DNA from: a virus
Taxonomy: Duplodnaviria; Caudoviricetes
Length of the DNA: 58,052 nt
IMG/VR virus record: IMGVR_UViG_3300009503_000396
Coordinates: 1 to 58,052 of that record
Direction: 5' to 3' (one strand)
The notes beneath the pieces are model-generated. The model was given only the letters and a program-made list of their open reading frames with translations. It was not told the origin of the DNA and ran no database searches. Of the stretch, positions 32,643 through 42,733 are shown piece by piece (within the stretch, counting starts at the first letter, position 1; the number at the start of each line of letters is the position of its first letter). The position numbers and the translations under genes are program-made.

Positions 32643-32918
32643 GTGGACTTGGCACTTGTTCTTAGTCTAATAGACACTGTTATCATTGGAGGTTTTGCTA
32701 TCTATAGGACTTATGTCAACTACAAGTCATGGAAACTGCAAGAGAAGATGTTAGAGGAATCGAGACAGTATTGGAATAGTTGGAAGGAACGAAGCAAGGA
32801 TGTAGCAAGGAAAGTACTTGAAGAAATATCAACTGAAGACTTGATAGCAGAACTAGAACGAAGAGAAAAAGAGAAAAAGGTTGTTTGTCAGAAAAGACAC
32901 AGGAGGAAAAACTTGTGA
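32643..32918 (+). CDS. membrane-anchored coiled-coil protein
   Basis: N-terminal TM, charged helix. Confidence 0.55.
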   Translation: MDLALVLSLIDTVIIGGFAIYRTYVNYKSWKLQEKMLEESRQYWNSWKERSKDVARKVLEEISTEDLIAELERREKEKKVVCQKRHRRKNL

Positions 32919-33289
32919 CAAGAGAACGGAAAGCACGTAAAAGACCATTCTGTCCTCTCTGTAACTCAGAGATGAAAAGGAAGGGCAAGAAAGGAAAGAA
33001 TGAATACTATAAATGTCCAAAGTGTGGGTGCAAACAGTTTCAAGATGGTTCTTACAGACAGAAACCAAATCCGGATACCTTGGACATAATGAACAGAGCA
33101 ATACGAGAACAGAGGAAAGAACAGTCATTGAAAAGGCTTATAAAGAGATTGAAGAAACAGAAGTATTTGCCTTACAAGACTTTCATCTGGGAAGGACGTG
33201 TGATTAATTTGGATGAGTATGATAGAGATGGAAACCTAATACCAAAGAAAGAGGAAAGGAAAGAGGAAACACTGCTTGAGGGTCAATGA
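32885..33289 (+). CDS. zinc-ribbon protein
   Basis: CPLC..MKRKG..YYKCPKCG. Confidence 0.6.
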   Translation: MSEKTQEEKLVTRERKARKRPFCPLCNSEMKRKGKKGKNEYYKCPKCGCKQFQDGSYRQKPNPDTLDIMNRAIREQRKEQSLKRLIKRLKKQKYLPYKTFIWEGRVINLDEYDRDGNLIPKKEERKEETLLEGQ

Positions 33290-33633
33290 TGTGTAAGAAT
33301 TGTGCATTTGCAGATGTAGACAGACCAAGTGAGAAAGAACAATGTAAAGTATGCATACGTAATCCTAAGAATCTCTCTCATAGATTTAAACCAACTACAT
33401 TCAATGGTGAACAGATAGACAAGCCAATTGACATGTATGTCTCAAAAGAGTTCTGGAGTCTACTCATTAAAATAATAGAGAAAATGCAGAAAAGCAAGCC
33501 AGTGTATCCTCCACATCCTTGGATAACATACTATCCTTCACCTTGGTCTAATACAACAAGTTCTACTAATTACTACATTAGTGTCCCTACATCTGTGCCT
33601 CTTGAAAACAGGAAGGGAAGGAAGAGAACATGA
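33286..33633 (+). CDS. Cys-containing hypothetical protein
   Basis: CKNC...CKVCIRN; P/S/T-rich tail. Confidence 0.55.
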   Translation: MMCKNCAFADVDRPSEKEQCKVCIRNPKNLSHRFKPTTFNGEQIDKPIDMYVSKEFWSLLIKIIEKMQKSKPVYPPHPWITYYPSPWSNTTSSTNYYISVPTSVPLENRKGRKRT

Positions 33634-34826
33634 AATTGAATAAGTCTCCATTCACTGAACGTTTCTTGAAGAAAGCATATGAAGAATACAGAGAGCCAGG
33701 ACTGTTCTGGGCATCACTTACACTCTTGTCTTCTTGTTTTGTAGTTACTAGACACAAATGGTTGTTGATGAAATTTGGATCTTCTGGTGTTGGTAAGACA
33801 ATAAGTGATAAAGTAGCAATAGAGACATTTGGAAGTAGCCTTCATCCTCTAGTGATCTCTGGTAGACTTACACCTGCAGGAATGGCAAAAGTAATGAAGA
33901 AAGCAGAGAATGACAAAACAGCAAAAGAACATCTAGAGAAGTTCAGAAGGGCTAAACTGATATTCGTTGAAGACTTATCCCGTTGTACTACTCACTACTT
34001 GAAACTGACATCTCTTCAGTTCTTAGCTGGTCTAACAAAGACAACTCTCTTAGATGACTTGACTTCTGAAGGAGGGACTTTTGGAGGTAATCTGGGAGAT
34101 GAACCAAAGAAGAGCATGGTAGCTGGAACACCATCTGACTGGGAAGAAATTTCTAGTACTTCTTTGTACAATGAGTTTATTGACAGACGTTCATTAACTG
34201 CTATAGCACTTATGTCTCCAAAAGAATGGGCTGTACGTGAACAATTAGCAAAACAGACAACAGAGACAAAGGAAGATTGGCAAATAGTTCTACACTGGAA
34301 AGATATGATCTACAGTACAGACATACCGACTTACTATGGTCCTATGTTGGAACCTGTTTTTGGTCCACACAGGGACTCACTGTATGAGAAACTAGCAGCA
34401 TTCAAACACTTTCCTGAGAACGTACTGTACATGGTTGACTCATTGGCAGAAGGACATGCTAGACTTAATGGAAGAAACCAAGTAGGACCAGAAGACTATG
34501 AAGCAATAGAGAAACTGTTCTCAAGATTCCTGTTGTTGGCTGACATGAAGAAGAAAGAACTCTACATCGTAGAAGAATTGTGTAAGTCTCATGGAATGTT
34601 GACATTAGAAGAACTCACATATAGACTTAGGAAGAGAGCAAAACGTGAAGATCTACCAGACCTAGAAGTGGTACAGAAGACAATTTGTAACTATGCAGAA
34701 GCATCAAAGTACCTCAGTAAGACACGTGCATCACATAACAAGCCTGCATATGTCATGTTGTCTAATTATCTAAGAAGCATCTTCAATACATGGGATAAAG
34801 AAGTAAAGGAAGTGATAACGAAATGA
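33630..34826 (+). CDS. AAA+ ATPase, MCM-like core with C-terminal wHTH-like domain
   Basis: GSSGVGKT, SGRLTPAG, IFVEDL, FIDRR, AEGHARLNGRNQV..EDY. Confidence 0.65.
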   Translation: MKLNKSPFTERFLKKAYEEYREPGLFWASLTLLSSCFVVTRHKWLLMKFGSSGVGKTISDKVAIETFGSSLHPLVISGRLTPAGMAKVMKKAENDKTAKEHLEKFRRAKLIFVEDLSRCTTHYLKLTSLQFLAGLTKTTLLDDLTSEGGTFGGNLGDEPKKSMVAGTPSDWEEISSTSLYNEFIDRRSLTAIALMSPKEWAVREQLAKQTTETKEDWQIVLHWKDMIYSTDIPTYYGPMLEPVFGPHRDSLYEKLAAFKHFPENVLYMVDSLAEGHARLNGRNQVGPEDYEAIEKLFSRFLLLADMKKKELYIVEELCKSHGMLTLEELTYRLRKRAKREDLPDLEVVQKTICNYAEASKYLSKTRASHNKPAYVMLSNYLRSIFNTWDKEVKEVITK

Positions 34827-35500
34827 AAGAAGCAGTCATTTTATGTGGTGGACAAGGACTGAGGTTGAAAGGACACATTGATGTGCCCAAACCATTTCTG
34901 ATCATAGATACAGAGACTGGTGAAACTCTCCTTGAGGCACAACTGAAGTGGTTGTTGGCATATAACTTTGAACATGTCATTTTAGCTATCTCACGAGAGA
35001 ACTACAAGTACATGAGAATAAACTACTCTAGACTTATGACACTCCCGTGGTTAGATCCATCTATTGAAGATGAGTATTTGGGTACTGGTGGTGCTCTAAG
35101 GAAAGCATTGGACTTTGTGGAAGAGAAGAACTTCTATGTTATGAATGTAGATGACATTTGTTCTTATAATCCAGATGAGTTGTACAATGCACAGAGGACT
35201 AGCAATGCAATACTCATCAAACAAGCAAGGTTGCCCTTTGGTGTAGTTGAGGTTGGACCAGACATGAGAGTAATAGACTTTGTAGAGAAACCAATGATTA
35301 GTAAGTATGTCTCATGCGGACATTATGTCTTCAACAGAAAGTTAGTTGAACAGTTCTTGCCAACAGAAGGAGACTTAGAACAGACACTGTTGAGAGAACT
35401 AGCAAAACAAGGATTATTGTATGCTCATGTCCTAACTGGCAAATGGATAACAATAAACACGTTCAAAGACTTGTTGGAAGCAAGGAGAAGTTTGAAATGA
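34823..35500 (+). CDS. sugar-phosphate nucleotidyltransferase (NTP_transferase)
   Basis: AVILCGGQGLRL...PKP, LGTGGAL, MNVDD, FGVV, FVEKP. Confidence 0.92.
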   Translation: MKEAVILCGGQGLRLKGHIDVPKPFLIIDTETGETLLEAQLKWLLAYNFEHVILAISRENYKYMRINYSRLMTLPWLDPSIEDEYLGTGGALRKALDFVEEKNFYVMNVDDICSYNPDELYNAQRTSNAILIKQARLPFGVVEVGPDMRVIDFVEKPMISKYVSCGHYVFNRKLVEQFLPTEGDLEQTLLRELAKQGLLYAHVLTGKWITINTFKDLLEARRSLK

Positions 35501-36081
35501 AGTACATAGAAAAGATACAAGATAAGAAGTTGAAGTCAGCAGTACAAGATGCATACAGGAAATATGCTTACAAGCTACACTTCATACCAGCTTCTGTGTC
35601 TGGTAGTTATCATCCAGAAGATGAGAGAGGAAAGGAAGGACTTAATATTCACGTTGAGAAGTTATGTTGGTTCCTTGACCAAGTAGTCCAACAGTACAAG
35701 TTGTCAGATGAGACAAGAGATATTCTCCTGACAGCAGCATACTTCCATGACTTGGGGAAAGTAAAGTTAACAACAGTCAAACATGTGTTAGTATACAAGT
35801 CCAAGAAAGAAGAACGTTGTGTGAGAGTAGAACGTAATGTCTATGGATATGACAACCATGCAGAGGTAAGTGCTCAATTGGCTGAACAGTATTTGATCAA
35901 ATATGGTGTCCCAGAAGAACAACGTAATGTGATTGTCAGTATCATCCGCAAACACATGAGTCATTGGACACCACATGCTCCTCAACCATCAACAGAATTG
36001 GAGAAGTTATTTGCTCTTGGAGACTTTATTGTCTCACGAAAGGAATTCACACTAAGGAAGGAACGGAAGTGGTTATGGTAG
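35497..36081 (+). CDS. HD-domain phosphohydrolase
   Basis: PAS..YH...GL..H, AAYFHDLGK, H...S, HM..W, A.GD. Confidence 0.85.
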   Translation: MKYIEKIQDKKLKSAVQDAYRKYAYKLHFIPASVSGSYHPEDERGKEGLNIHVEKLCWFLDQVVQQYKLSDETRDILLTAAYFHDLGKVKLTTVKHVLVYKSKKEERCVRVERNVYGYDNHAEVSAQLAEQYLIKYGVPEEQRNVIVSIIRKHMSHWTPHAPQPSTELEKLFALGDFIVSRKEFTLRKERKWLW

Positions 36082-36093
36082 AGGAGAGAGTGG

Positions 36094-36360
36094 ATGTTGC
36101 CTGAAGAAATAGAACTAGTAGAAGACTGGATCAGAAGACGGGTTGGACCACTTCTCAAAGATCCTTATGCTATACGGAATGGTGTACTGTACGTATCACA
36201 AGAAGATTTTGAGACTGTTAAGGTAATTTTACACGACTATCTATGGTACAACCGTAAGGGGTTTCCAGTTATTGCATGTGGGATACCTGAGTACTGGAAC
36301 ATCCTAGTCTATGTGTACCACACAAAGGAGGAATTTGTATGGATAGTGACATTGAGTTAG
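36094..36360 (+). CDS. hypothetical protein
   Basis: 88-aa ORF. Confidence 0.55.
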   Translation: MLPEEIELVEDWIRRRVGPLLKDPYAIRNGVLYVSQEDFETVKVILHDYLWYNRKGFPVIACGIPEYWNILVYVYHTKEEFVWIVTLS

Positions 36361-36704
36361 AAGGAATATACAGACTGATGAAACAGAAATGGAAGTATGG
36401 ACATCCAGACTTCTACAGACTACTATTGCGAATGGGTGAAATCCACAACATAAAGAACAAAGGATATGGCATAGGAGACCCTCTAGGCAACTTTCTTGAG
36501 TGTGAAAGATTTGGTATTGAGGCCTGGAAAGGATGTCTAGTCCGTATGTCTGACAAGTACTCTCGCCTCTGCAACTTGGCTGCTAAGATAGACAGTCCAG
36601 AATATCAAGATGCTATCAAGCTAGAGAACTTAGAAGACACTCTTATAGACTTAGCAAACTATTCTCTCTTGTGTATCATACTACTAAGGAGAAGAAAACA
36701 ATGA
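36339..36704 (+). CDS. DUF1599 / nucleotide-modification-associated all-helical protein
   Basis: KNKGYG..DP..NF, VRMSDK..RL.NL, E..EDTLIDLANY. Confidence 0.8.
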   Translation: MDSDIELEGIYRLMKQKWKYGHPDFYRLLLRMGEIHNIKNKGYGIGDPLGNFLECERFGIEAWKGCLVRMSDKYSRLCNLAAKIDSPEYQDAIKLENLEDTLIDLANYSLLCIILLRRRKQ

Positions 36705-36841
36705 GATGTCCAAAGTGTGGATCTACTAGCATAGACCAATGTCCTAAGTGCAAACAAGGACTGAAGAAATGTCTTACTTGTGGTTTTGTAGCTGAACAGA
36801 AATATTTTGAAGGTACTCCACTACCATCACAGAAGGAATGA
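36701..36841 (+). CDS. small protein with three CxxC motifs (46 aa)
   Basis: Manual translation MRCPKCGSTSIDQCPKCKQGLKKCLTCGF...; overlaps both neighbours by ATGA. Confidence 0.6.
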   Translation: MRCPKCGSTSIDQCPKCKQGLKKCLTCGFVAEQKYFEGTPLPSQKE

Positions 36842-37140
36842 GCATGGACATTTCAGAATACGTGAAGAGATGTGGCGAGTCCGCCAATCGCAAAGGTTGG
36901 AAAGTGACGTGGGAAGAGTATCCAGCATATCTTCTTGCTACAATTGATGAACTCACTGATTCTTTTGACAGTGGTTGGAGAGATGACAACAAGACAAAGG
37001 CTTTTGAAGAGATCGGAGATTGTCTAATACGTCTGTTTCATATCATCCATGATCTAGGGATACCAATTGAAGAAATCTTAAATAGACTTATGACAGAGAA
37101 CGAACACAGGCCTTACAAGCACAACAGAAAGAGAATTTAG
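36838..37140 (+). CDS. MazG-like NTP pyrophosphohydrolase
   Basis: KGW, DEL.D, EEIGD..IR, N..RPYKH. Confidence 0.8.
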   Translation: MSMDISEYVKRCGESANRKGWKVTWEEYPAYLLATIDELTDSFDSGWRDDNKTKAFEEIGDCLIRLFHIIHDLGIPIEEILNRLMTENEHRPYKHNRKRI

Positions 37141-40100
37141 GTGATTTGCTTGTATGTCATTAAGAGAGATGGGAGAAAGGTCTCTTTCGAAGAAGAGAAG
37201 ATACGAAAAGCAATAACAAAAGCAGCTGCTTCTGTAGGAGAAGTTGATAGACAGAAGATCAATGAGATAACTAAAGCAGTGTTGCAGAAGCTAACAAAAG
37301 AAACAATAAGCGTGGAAGAGATACAAGACAAGATAGAAGAGACTTTAGTACAGTTCAAAGAGTACAAGATAGCAAAGGCTTACATCCTTTATCGACAGAG
37401 AAGAACCAATGCCAGAAGACTAGCTGCTTCCCTTGGTGTGAAGGATGACTTGAAACTGCCAACATCTGCACTAATTGTACTGTCTAAGAGATATCTATTG
37501 AAGGATGAGAAAGGAAGAATAAAAGAGACACCAATGAAGTTATTTAGAAGAGTAGCAAGGGCAATAGCACAAGTAGATGAACAGTATGGTGCTTCTAGCA
37601 AAGATGTACGTAGATTAGCTGGACAGTTCTATGACTTGATGACACAAGGATATTTCCTACCTAACTCTCCAACACTGATGAATGCTGGAGCACCACTTGG
37701 ACAGTTGTCAGCATGTTTTGTCTTGCCAGTGCATGACTCTCTTGATTCTATCTTCTTGACACTATATCATACTGCCAAGATACATCAGACTGGTGGAGGA
37801 ACTGGATTTAACTTCTCTGCTCTCAGACCGACTGGTGATGTGGTGAGAACAACTGGTGGGGTAGCATCTGGTCCAGTGTCATTCATGAGAGTATATGATG
37901 CTGCTACACAAGAGATCAAACAAGGAGGTAAAAGAAGAGGAGCTAATATGGGTATTCTGAATGTTGACCATCCAGACATTCTAGAGTTCATAACTGCTAA
38001 GTCTAGAGGAGGATTAGAGAACTTCAATATCTCTGTTGCTGTTACGGATAAGTTCATGAGAGCAGTACAGTCAGGAGAGACAATACCACTAGTTAATCCA
38101 AGGAACAAAGAAGTCGTACAAAATGTACCAGCTAGAGCAATATGGGACTTGATAGTAGCAGAAGCATGGAGATCTGGTGATCCAGGTCTTCTCTTCTTGG
38201 ACACTATCAACAAGTCTAATTCAAATGTAGTACCAAAGTATGGACCTATAGAAGCTACTAATCCATGCTTAAGTGGAGAGACGTGGACAATGACAAGTAA
38301 TGGTCCTAGGAGGATAAGAGATTTACTTGGGAAAAGGAACCTTGAGCTTATTGTGCAAAATTGTCCATGGCTAAGCCCTGATGGTTTCTTCGAAAGTGGG
38401 GCAAAAGAAACAGTAGAAATCCTAACTAAAGAAGGATTCTCGTTTAGAGCTACACTTGACCACCATGTATTTACTGCCGATTTTAGAAAATTGCAAGTGC
38501 GAGACTTGAAGCCTGGAGATAAACTGAAAATCTCAAGAGGTAAAGGAAAATGGTCTGGAAGATATGGATTTGAAGAAGGATATCTACTTGGTTTGCTCTA
38601 TGGGGATGGAACTCTCACACCTGAGCCTGCACTGTATTCCTGGACCACTGAAGAAGGTTCTAGGGAAGTAAGACAATTAGCTTTCAAGTTTGCTTCTAAA
38701 CTCAAGCATAGGAAAGACTGGAAAGGTTGGCAAAAACCAAACAAGGCTTCGTGTACAAAGATGGCAGTCAGAGGCCTAAGAACTCTTTTAAGAGAGCTGG
38801 GGCTTGAGAATAGGAAGTGCATAACTCCACAAATGGAAGAAGCAAGTCCAATGTTTTATAGAGGATTCTTGCGAGGGCTCTTTGACACAGACGGATCAGT
38901 GCAAGGTACCCAAGAAAAGGGTGTCTCCATTCGGCTAGCTCAACGTGATTTTGCCTTTCTCCAGGCTGTACAAAGAATGCTCCTTAGACTGGGCATTTTC
39001 TCTAGGATCTACAAGAGAAGAGACAAACACTTGCAGAAGTTCAAAGGAAAAGTCTATACCTGCAAAGAACAGTTCGAATTAATTATTTCCAATGAGGACT
39101 TACTTTTATTCAAGGAAATGATCAACTTCACAAATTCAGCTAAGGAAAGGAAGCTAAGAGACCTCTTAGTCCGATACAAGAGAAGATTGAATAAATCTAG
39201 AGACACAGTTACATTTATTGGCATCTCTAATCCGAGAAAAGAACCGGTGTATGACATACAGGTCCCTGGGTTAAACCAATTAGAGGCTAATGGAATAGTA
39301 GTTGGCAACTGTGGAGAATTGCCATTGTATCCATATGAGTCTTGCAATCTTGGTTCAATCAATCTATCTAAGTTTGTGAAGATGAACAAAGAACCACACA
39401 TTGACTGGGAGAGACTAGAACAAGTTGTTAGACTAGCAGTACATTTCCTTGACAATGTCATAGATGCAAATAAGTTTCCATTGCAAGAAATAGAGGCAAT
39501 GACAAAGAAGATACGAAGAGTTGGATTGGGCGTAATGGGTTGGGCTGATCTATTGATTGCACTGAACATAGCATACAACTCACAACAAGCACTGGACTTA
39601 GCTGCTGAAGTGATGAAGTTCATAACAGAGAAAGCAAGAGATGAGTCTGTCAGACTAGGAGAACAGAGAGGAAGTTTCCCAGAGTTCAAAGACTCAATAT
39701 GGCCAAAGAGAGGATACAAGACTTTACGTAATGGAACAGTTACATGTATTGCACCTACTGGGACCATCTCTATACTAGCTGGTTGCTCTCCAGGAATAGA
39801 ACCATTGTTCTCAATTGTCACTGTTAGAGACTTGGAAGAGTCACTAGGTGCTAAGCTGGTAGATATCAATCAAGCATTTGAGAGTAGAGCTATCAAAGAA
39901 GGATTCTATTCTGAAGAGTTGATGGACAAGATAGCAAGAGACTTCTCTATTCAGAAGATACCTGAGATACCAGAAGAAGTGAAGAGAGTCTTTGTAACAG
40001 CACATGACATATCACCAGAGTGGCATGTGAAGATGCAAGCTACATTTCAGATGTATACTGACAATGCTGTCTCCAAGACTGTCAACTTACCATTCACAGC

Positions 40101-40233
40101 TACTCCACATGATGTTGAGAACATCTATTTCCTAGCATGGAAGTTAGGTTGCAAAGGAATTACTGTCTTCAGAACTGGGTCAAAGGGGAAACAAGTCTTC
40201 ACAACTTGTAAGGAATGTGAGGTGGGAGAATGA
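37141..40233 (+). CDS. nrdJ: class II (adenosylcobalamin) ribonucleotide reductase with ATP cone and intein
   Basis: VIKRDG ATP cone; PNSPTLMNAG, LSACFV, GGGTG, TNP|CGE, SCNLGS, APTGTIS, C-terminal CKEC. Confidence 0.95.
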   Translation: MICLYVIKRDGRKVSFEEEKIRKAITKAAASVGEVDRQKINEITKAVLQKLTKETISVEEIQDKIEETLVQFKEYKIAKAYILYRQRRTNARRLAASLGVKDDLKLPTSALIVLSKRYLLKDEKGRIKETPMKLFRRVARAIAQVDEQYGASSKDVRRLAGQFYDLMTQGYFLPNSPTLMNAGAPLGQLSACFVLPVHDSLDSIFLTLYHTAKIHQTGGGTGFNFSALRPTGDVVRTTGGVASGPVSFMRVYDAATQEIKQGGKRRGANMGILNVDHPDILEFITAKSRGGLENFNISVAVTDKFMRAVQSGETIPLVNPRNKEVVQNVPARAIWDLIVAEAWRSGDPGLLFLDTINKSNSNVVPKYGPIEATNPCLSGETWTMTSNGPRRIRDLLGKRNLELIVQNCPWLSPDGFFESGAKETVEILTKEGFSFRATLDHHVFTADFRKLQVRDLKPGDKLKISRGKGKWSGRYGFEEGYLLGLLYGDGTLTPEPALYSWTTEEGSREVRQLAFKFASKLKHRKDWKGWQKPNKASCTKMAVRGLRTLLRELGLENRKCITPQMEEASPMFYRGFLRGLFDTDGSVQGTQEKGVSIRLAQRDFAFLQAVQRMLLRLGIFSRIYKRRDKHLQKFKGKVYTCKEQFELIISNEDLLLFKEMINFTNSAKERKLRDLLVRYKRRLNKSRDTVTFIGISNPRKEPVYDIQVPGLNQLEANGIVVGNCGELPLYPYESCNLGSINLSKFVKMNKEPHIDWERLEQVVRLAVHFLDNVIDANKFPLQEIEAMTKKIRRVGLGVMGWADLLIALNIAYNSQQALDLAAEVMKFITEKARDESVRLGEQRGSFPEFKDSIWPKRGYKTLRNGTVTCIAPTGTISILAGCSPGIEPLFSIVTVRDLEESLGAKLVDINQAFESRAIKEGFYSEELMDKIARDFSIQKIPEIPEEVKRVFVTAHDISPEWHVKMQATFQMYTDNAVSKTVNLPFTATPHDVENIYFLAWKLGCKGITVFRTGSKGKQVFTTCKECEVGE
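38266..39309 (+). mobile_element. intein with LAGLIDADG homing endonuclease (348 aa) at the RNR NPC/CGE site
   Basis: Starts CLSGET; ATLDH; LGLLYGDG; LRGLFDTDG; ends VYDI...VGN before Cys. Confidence 0.93.
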
Positions 40234-40400
40234 TAGAATGTGTCTGTTCTTGTTGTCGTAAGAAGATCTCACACAATGAATTCTTGAAATTTGGTGGTCT
40301 GTGTAAGGAATGTGCACGTGAAACAGCTAGACTGTTCATTGAAGAAGGTGAAGAAGGAGTAAGAAAATACTATGAGCAAAAGAGAAGAGAGAAACAATAA
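40230..40400 (+). CDS. small zinc-finger protein (56 aa)
   Basis: Manual translation MIECVCSCCRKKI...GGLCKEC. Confidence 0.55.
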   Translation: MIECVCSCCRKKISHNEFLKFGGLCKECARETARLFIEEGEEGVRKYYEQKRREKQ

Positions 40401-40563
40401 CTGCTACTGTTTTGGAGAGTATGGGACTAACATAAACTGTGATGAGTGTCCGAACAGACTAGTCTGCAAACAGTTCACATATGACAGACAGAAAGATATA
40501 TATCTCCGCTCAAAGGAAAAGTACAAAGGAAGAGGGAAGTTTAGAAAGAAGGATGTGTATTAG
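40372..40563 (+). CDS. small Cys-rich basic protein
   Basis: CFG....CDEC....C. Confidence 0.55.
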   Translation: MSKREERNNNCYCFGEYGTNINCDECPNRLVCKQFTYDRQKDIYLRSKEKYKGRGKFRKKDVY

Positions 40564-40564
40564 G

Positions 40565-41563
40565 ATGGAGACATTCACAAGGAAGGATGTACAGGAACTG
40601 AAGAAGCAGATTGAACCGATAAAGAAACTAGCTTTGCATGATGATGCTGATGGTATTACTTCTGCTGTGTTAATGTCCTATGCTTGTAAGATCTACAAAG
40701 TCTGGGCACCAGATGACTTTGGTGAATGGCCGATAACTCCTTACAAGGTCCAAGGACAACAAGAATATGAACTGCCACCAGATGTCTGTGTGGACATGGT
40801 ACCAGCAAACTCGGATTGGGTTGGTTTCTGCTTTGACCACCATCCAGGACACCCACCAGAAGAGAAGAGAAAGTACAAGTTAGTGTATGCAGATGTACCG
40901 GCATCATTGATTATCTATACAGTGTTTAAAGACTTTATCCCACAAGAACAGAGGTGGAAAGTTGTTGTTGGTGCAGTAGGAGATGGGCAACCAGAATTAG
41001 TACCTACGGAAATATGGAGAGAGTTTCCAGTGTTGTTAGAAGAGTGTATATCATCATGGGAGAAATATGGGAAAGTAGAGACAGTAAGTTATCCTCTGTA
41101 CATGAGACTTAGTTCTGGAATAAATGCAGCATGTAAACTGCCAGAGAAGTGGTACGTGGCATATTCAGTTCTCAGAAATGCTAAGAGTCCATGGGACTTG
41201 ATAAATGATCCATCTCTGAAAGCAGCAAAGGACTTCTTGGAGGAAGAAAGAAGTAAGATCTACAGTGAAACCAACCCAATCCAATTACGCAATGGTATAA
41301 GAATATGGCCATTTGCATCTGAGACAAAGATAGAAAGGACATTGGCATGGGAACTGTGGGAGAAGGACAAGAAAACAACAATTGCTATCAATACACAGAC
41401 TGGAAGAGGAAGCATACGAGGGACATTGGCAACACTCATCTATGAACACTTGAGTGCCAATGGTTTCAAAGCTTCTGGACATCCAGGCTTTGGAGGACTA
41501 AAGTTAAAGTCTGGACAGACATGGGAAGATGTGTACAAATGTCTAACTACTCTAAAGATTTAA
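40565..41563 (+). CDS. DHH-family phosphoesterase (RecJ/GAN/Cdc45-like)
   Basis: HDDADGITS, VD, FDHH, GSIR, SGH..GG. Confidence 0.85.
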   Translation: METFTRKDVQELKKQIEPIKKLALHDDADGITSAVLMSYACKIYKVWAPDDFGEWPITPYKVQGQQEYELPPDVCVDMVPANSDWVGFCFDHHPGHPPEEKRKYKLVYADVPASLIIYTVFKDFIPQEQRWKVVVGAVGDGQPELVPTEIWREFPVLLEECISSWEKYGKVETVSYPLYMRLSSGINAACKLPEKWYVAYSVLRNAKSPWDLINDPSLKAAKDFLEEERSKIYSETNPIQLRNGIRIWPFASETKIERTLAWELWEKDKKTTIAINTQTGRGSIRGTLATLIYEHLSANGFKASGHPGFGGLKLKSGQTWEDVYKCLTTLKI

Positions 41564-41566
41564 ATA
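41559..41566 (+). promoter_or_regulatory. putative TATA box
   Basis: AAAGA-TTTAAATA upstream of SD GGAGG and ATG 41607. Confidence 0.55.
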
Positions 41567-41606
41567 CCCCTCTTCCATGTTATAGGTAAAAAGGAGGAAT
41601 GGATGT

Positions 41607-42722
41607 ATGGATAAGAAAGAGGAAGAATCTTTGTTGAGAGCTTACGCAGAGACCACAGGAAAGTCTGTCACTGTTCTAAGGAAGTTGTTAGAGGAAGCAA
41701 AGAAAGAAGCAAAGGCGTCTGGTACAGAGAATGACAATGTCATCAAAGGAAAGTTCAGGAAGAAAGTAAGGAATCTTATCTATTCTGAAATGACTGGGAG
41801 ACAAATAACACGGAAAGAACCAGTAATGTTCAGAGGATTTATCCTTGGTGCAGATGCTGTCCGAGACTTGAAAGAACAAATGAGGAGAAAAGCACTGAGG
41901 ATCTTTGAGGAAGAAGGAGAGAATGCAAAGATAGAAGGATATGTTGATGAGAATGGAAATCCAATTGACTGGAGACCAACTATAAGAAACAGACGAGGAG
42001 AAGAAGTAGAGAACCCAGACTACCACAAGCCTATCACAGGACATCTGTATGTCAGGGACTTGTTTGGTATTGCTATCAAGGAAGGAGAGACTAAGCCTAA
42101 ACTGTTTGTGATGTCATTATGGGGAGGATTTGCTACTCAGACAAGTTGGAGACCTTTTGTACCTGTGGAGTTCAAAGCAACAATAAAGTCTGAAGGAAAC
42201 TACTATGTCCTGAATCCGCCAAGAGTACTTCAGAAAGGAGAGAAAGGATTCAGAAAGATATCAATGGAAATAGACTACATGCAATGGATAAAAGAAGCAC
42301 TTGGTGACAGAGAATATCCACTTACTGAATTGCCAAAAGCAGTTGAGAATACAAGACATGCTAAAGATCCGTGGATAATAGTCAAAGGAATTGTTGATTC
42401 TATTGACACAGAAGTCAATCCAAAGACTGGATCAAGGACGTTGACAATAACTGATCCAGATGCTGGAATGACTGATGTTGTTAGAGTGTTCATACCAAAA
42501 GACTTTCCATTGGCATTCAGAGAGTACTCAAAGGTAATTGTCTTTGGAAGACCAAGAGCATGGAAACGAGAAGATGACGACACTATACACTATTCGATAA
42601 GAGGAATAAGTGTATATCCAATACCAGGAGAGACAATAGAAGTACCAGTAGAAGAAGTGAAACCTGCACAAGGATATGTTGAGGGTGAAGAAGAAGAAGG
42701 TTGGGACCTCTGGGAAGAGTAG
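41607..42722 (+). CDS. putative OB-fold single-stranded DNA-binding protein
   Basis: OB-like segments (IVKGIV..., TLTITD...VRVF, VIVFG); acidic-aromatic tail EEEEGWDLWEE; adjacent to recombinase. Confidence 0.6.
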   Translation: MDKKEEESLLRAYAETTGKSVTVLRKLLEEAKKEAKASGTENDNVIKGKFRKKVRNLIYSEMTGRQITRKEPVMFRGFILGADAVRDLKEQMRRKALRIFEEEGENAKIEGYVDENGNPIDWRPTIRNRRGEEVENPDYHKPITGHLYVRDLFGIAIKEGETKPKLFVMSLWGGFATQTSWRPFVPVEFKATIKSEGNYYVLNPPRVLQKGEKGFRKISMEIDYMQWIKEALGDREYPLTELPKAVENTRHAKDPWIIVKGIVDSIDTEVNPKTGSRTLTITDPDAGMTDVVRVFIPKDFPLAFREYSKVIVFGRPRAWKREDDDTIHYSIRGISVYPIPGETIEVPVEEVKPAQGYVEGEEEEGWDLWEE

Positions 42723-42733
42723 GGTAAGGAGGG

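Noticed and set aside
32885-33289. IS1-like transposase from the zinc ribbon
   Set aside because: No DDE domain or inverted repeats
35497-37140. Z-genome (PurZ/DatZ/MazZ) system
   Set aside because: No PurZ-like gene in the window; HD and MazG alone are not diagnostic
3703-37143. Amber read-through fusions (TAG directly followed by in-frame ORFs at 4008, 14698, 37140)
   Set aside because: TAGGTGA is simply the stop overlapping the SD of the next gene in two cases; the downstream proteins have complete N-termini and TAG acts as a normal stop elsewhere
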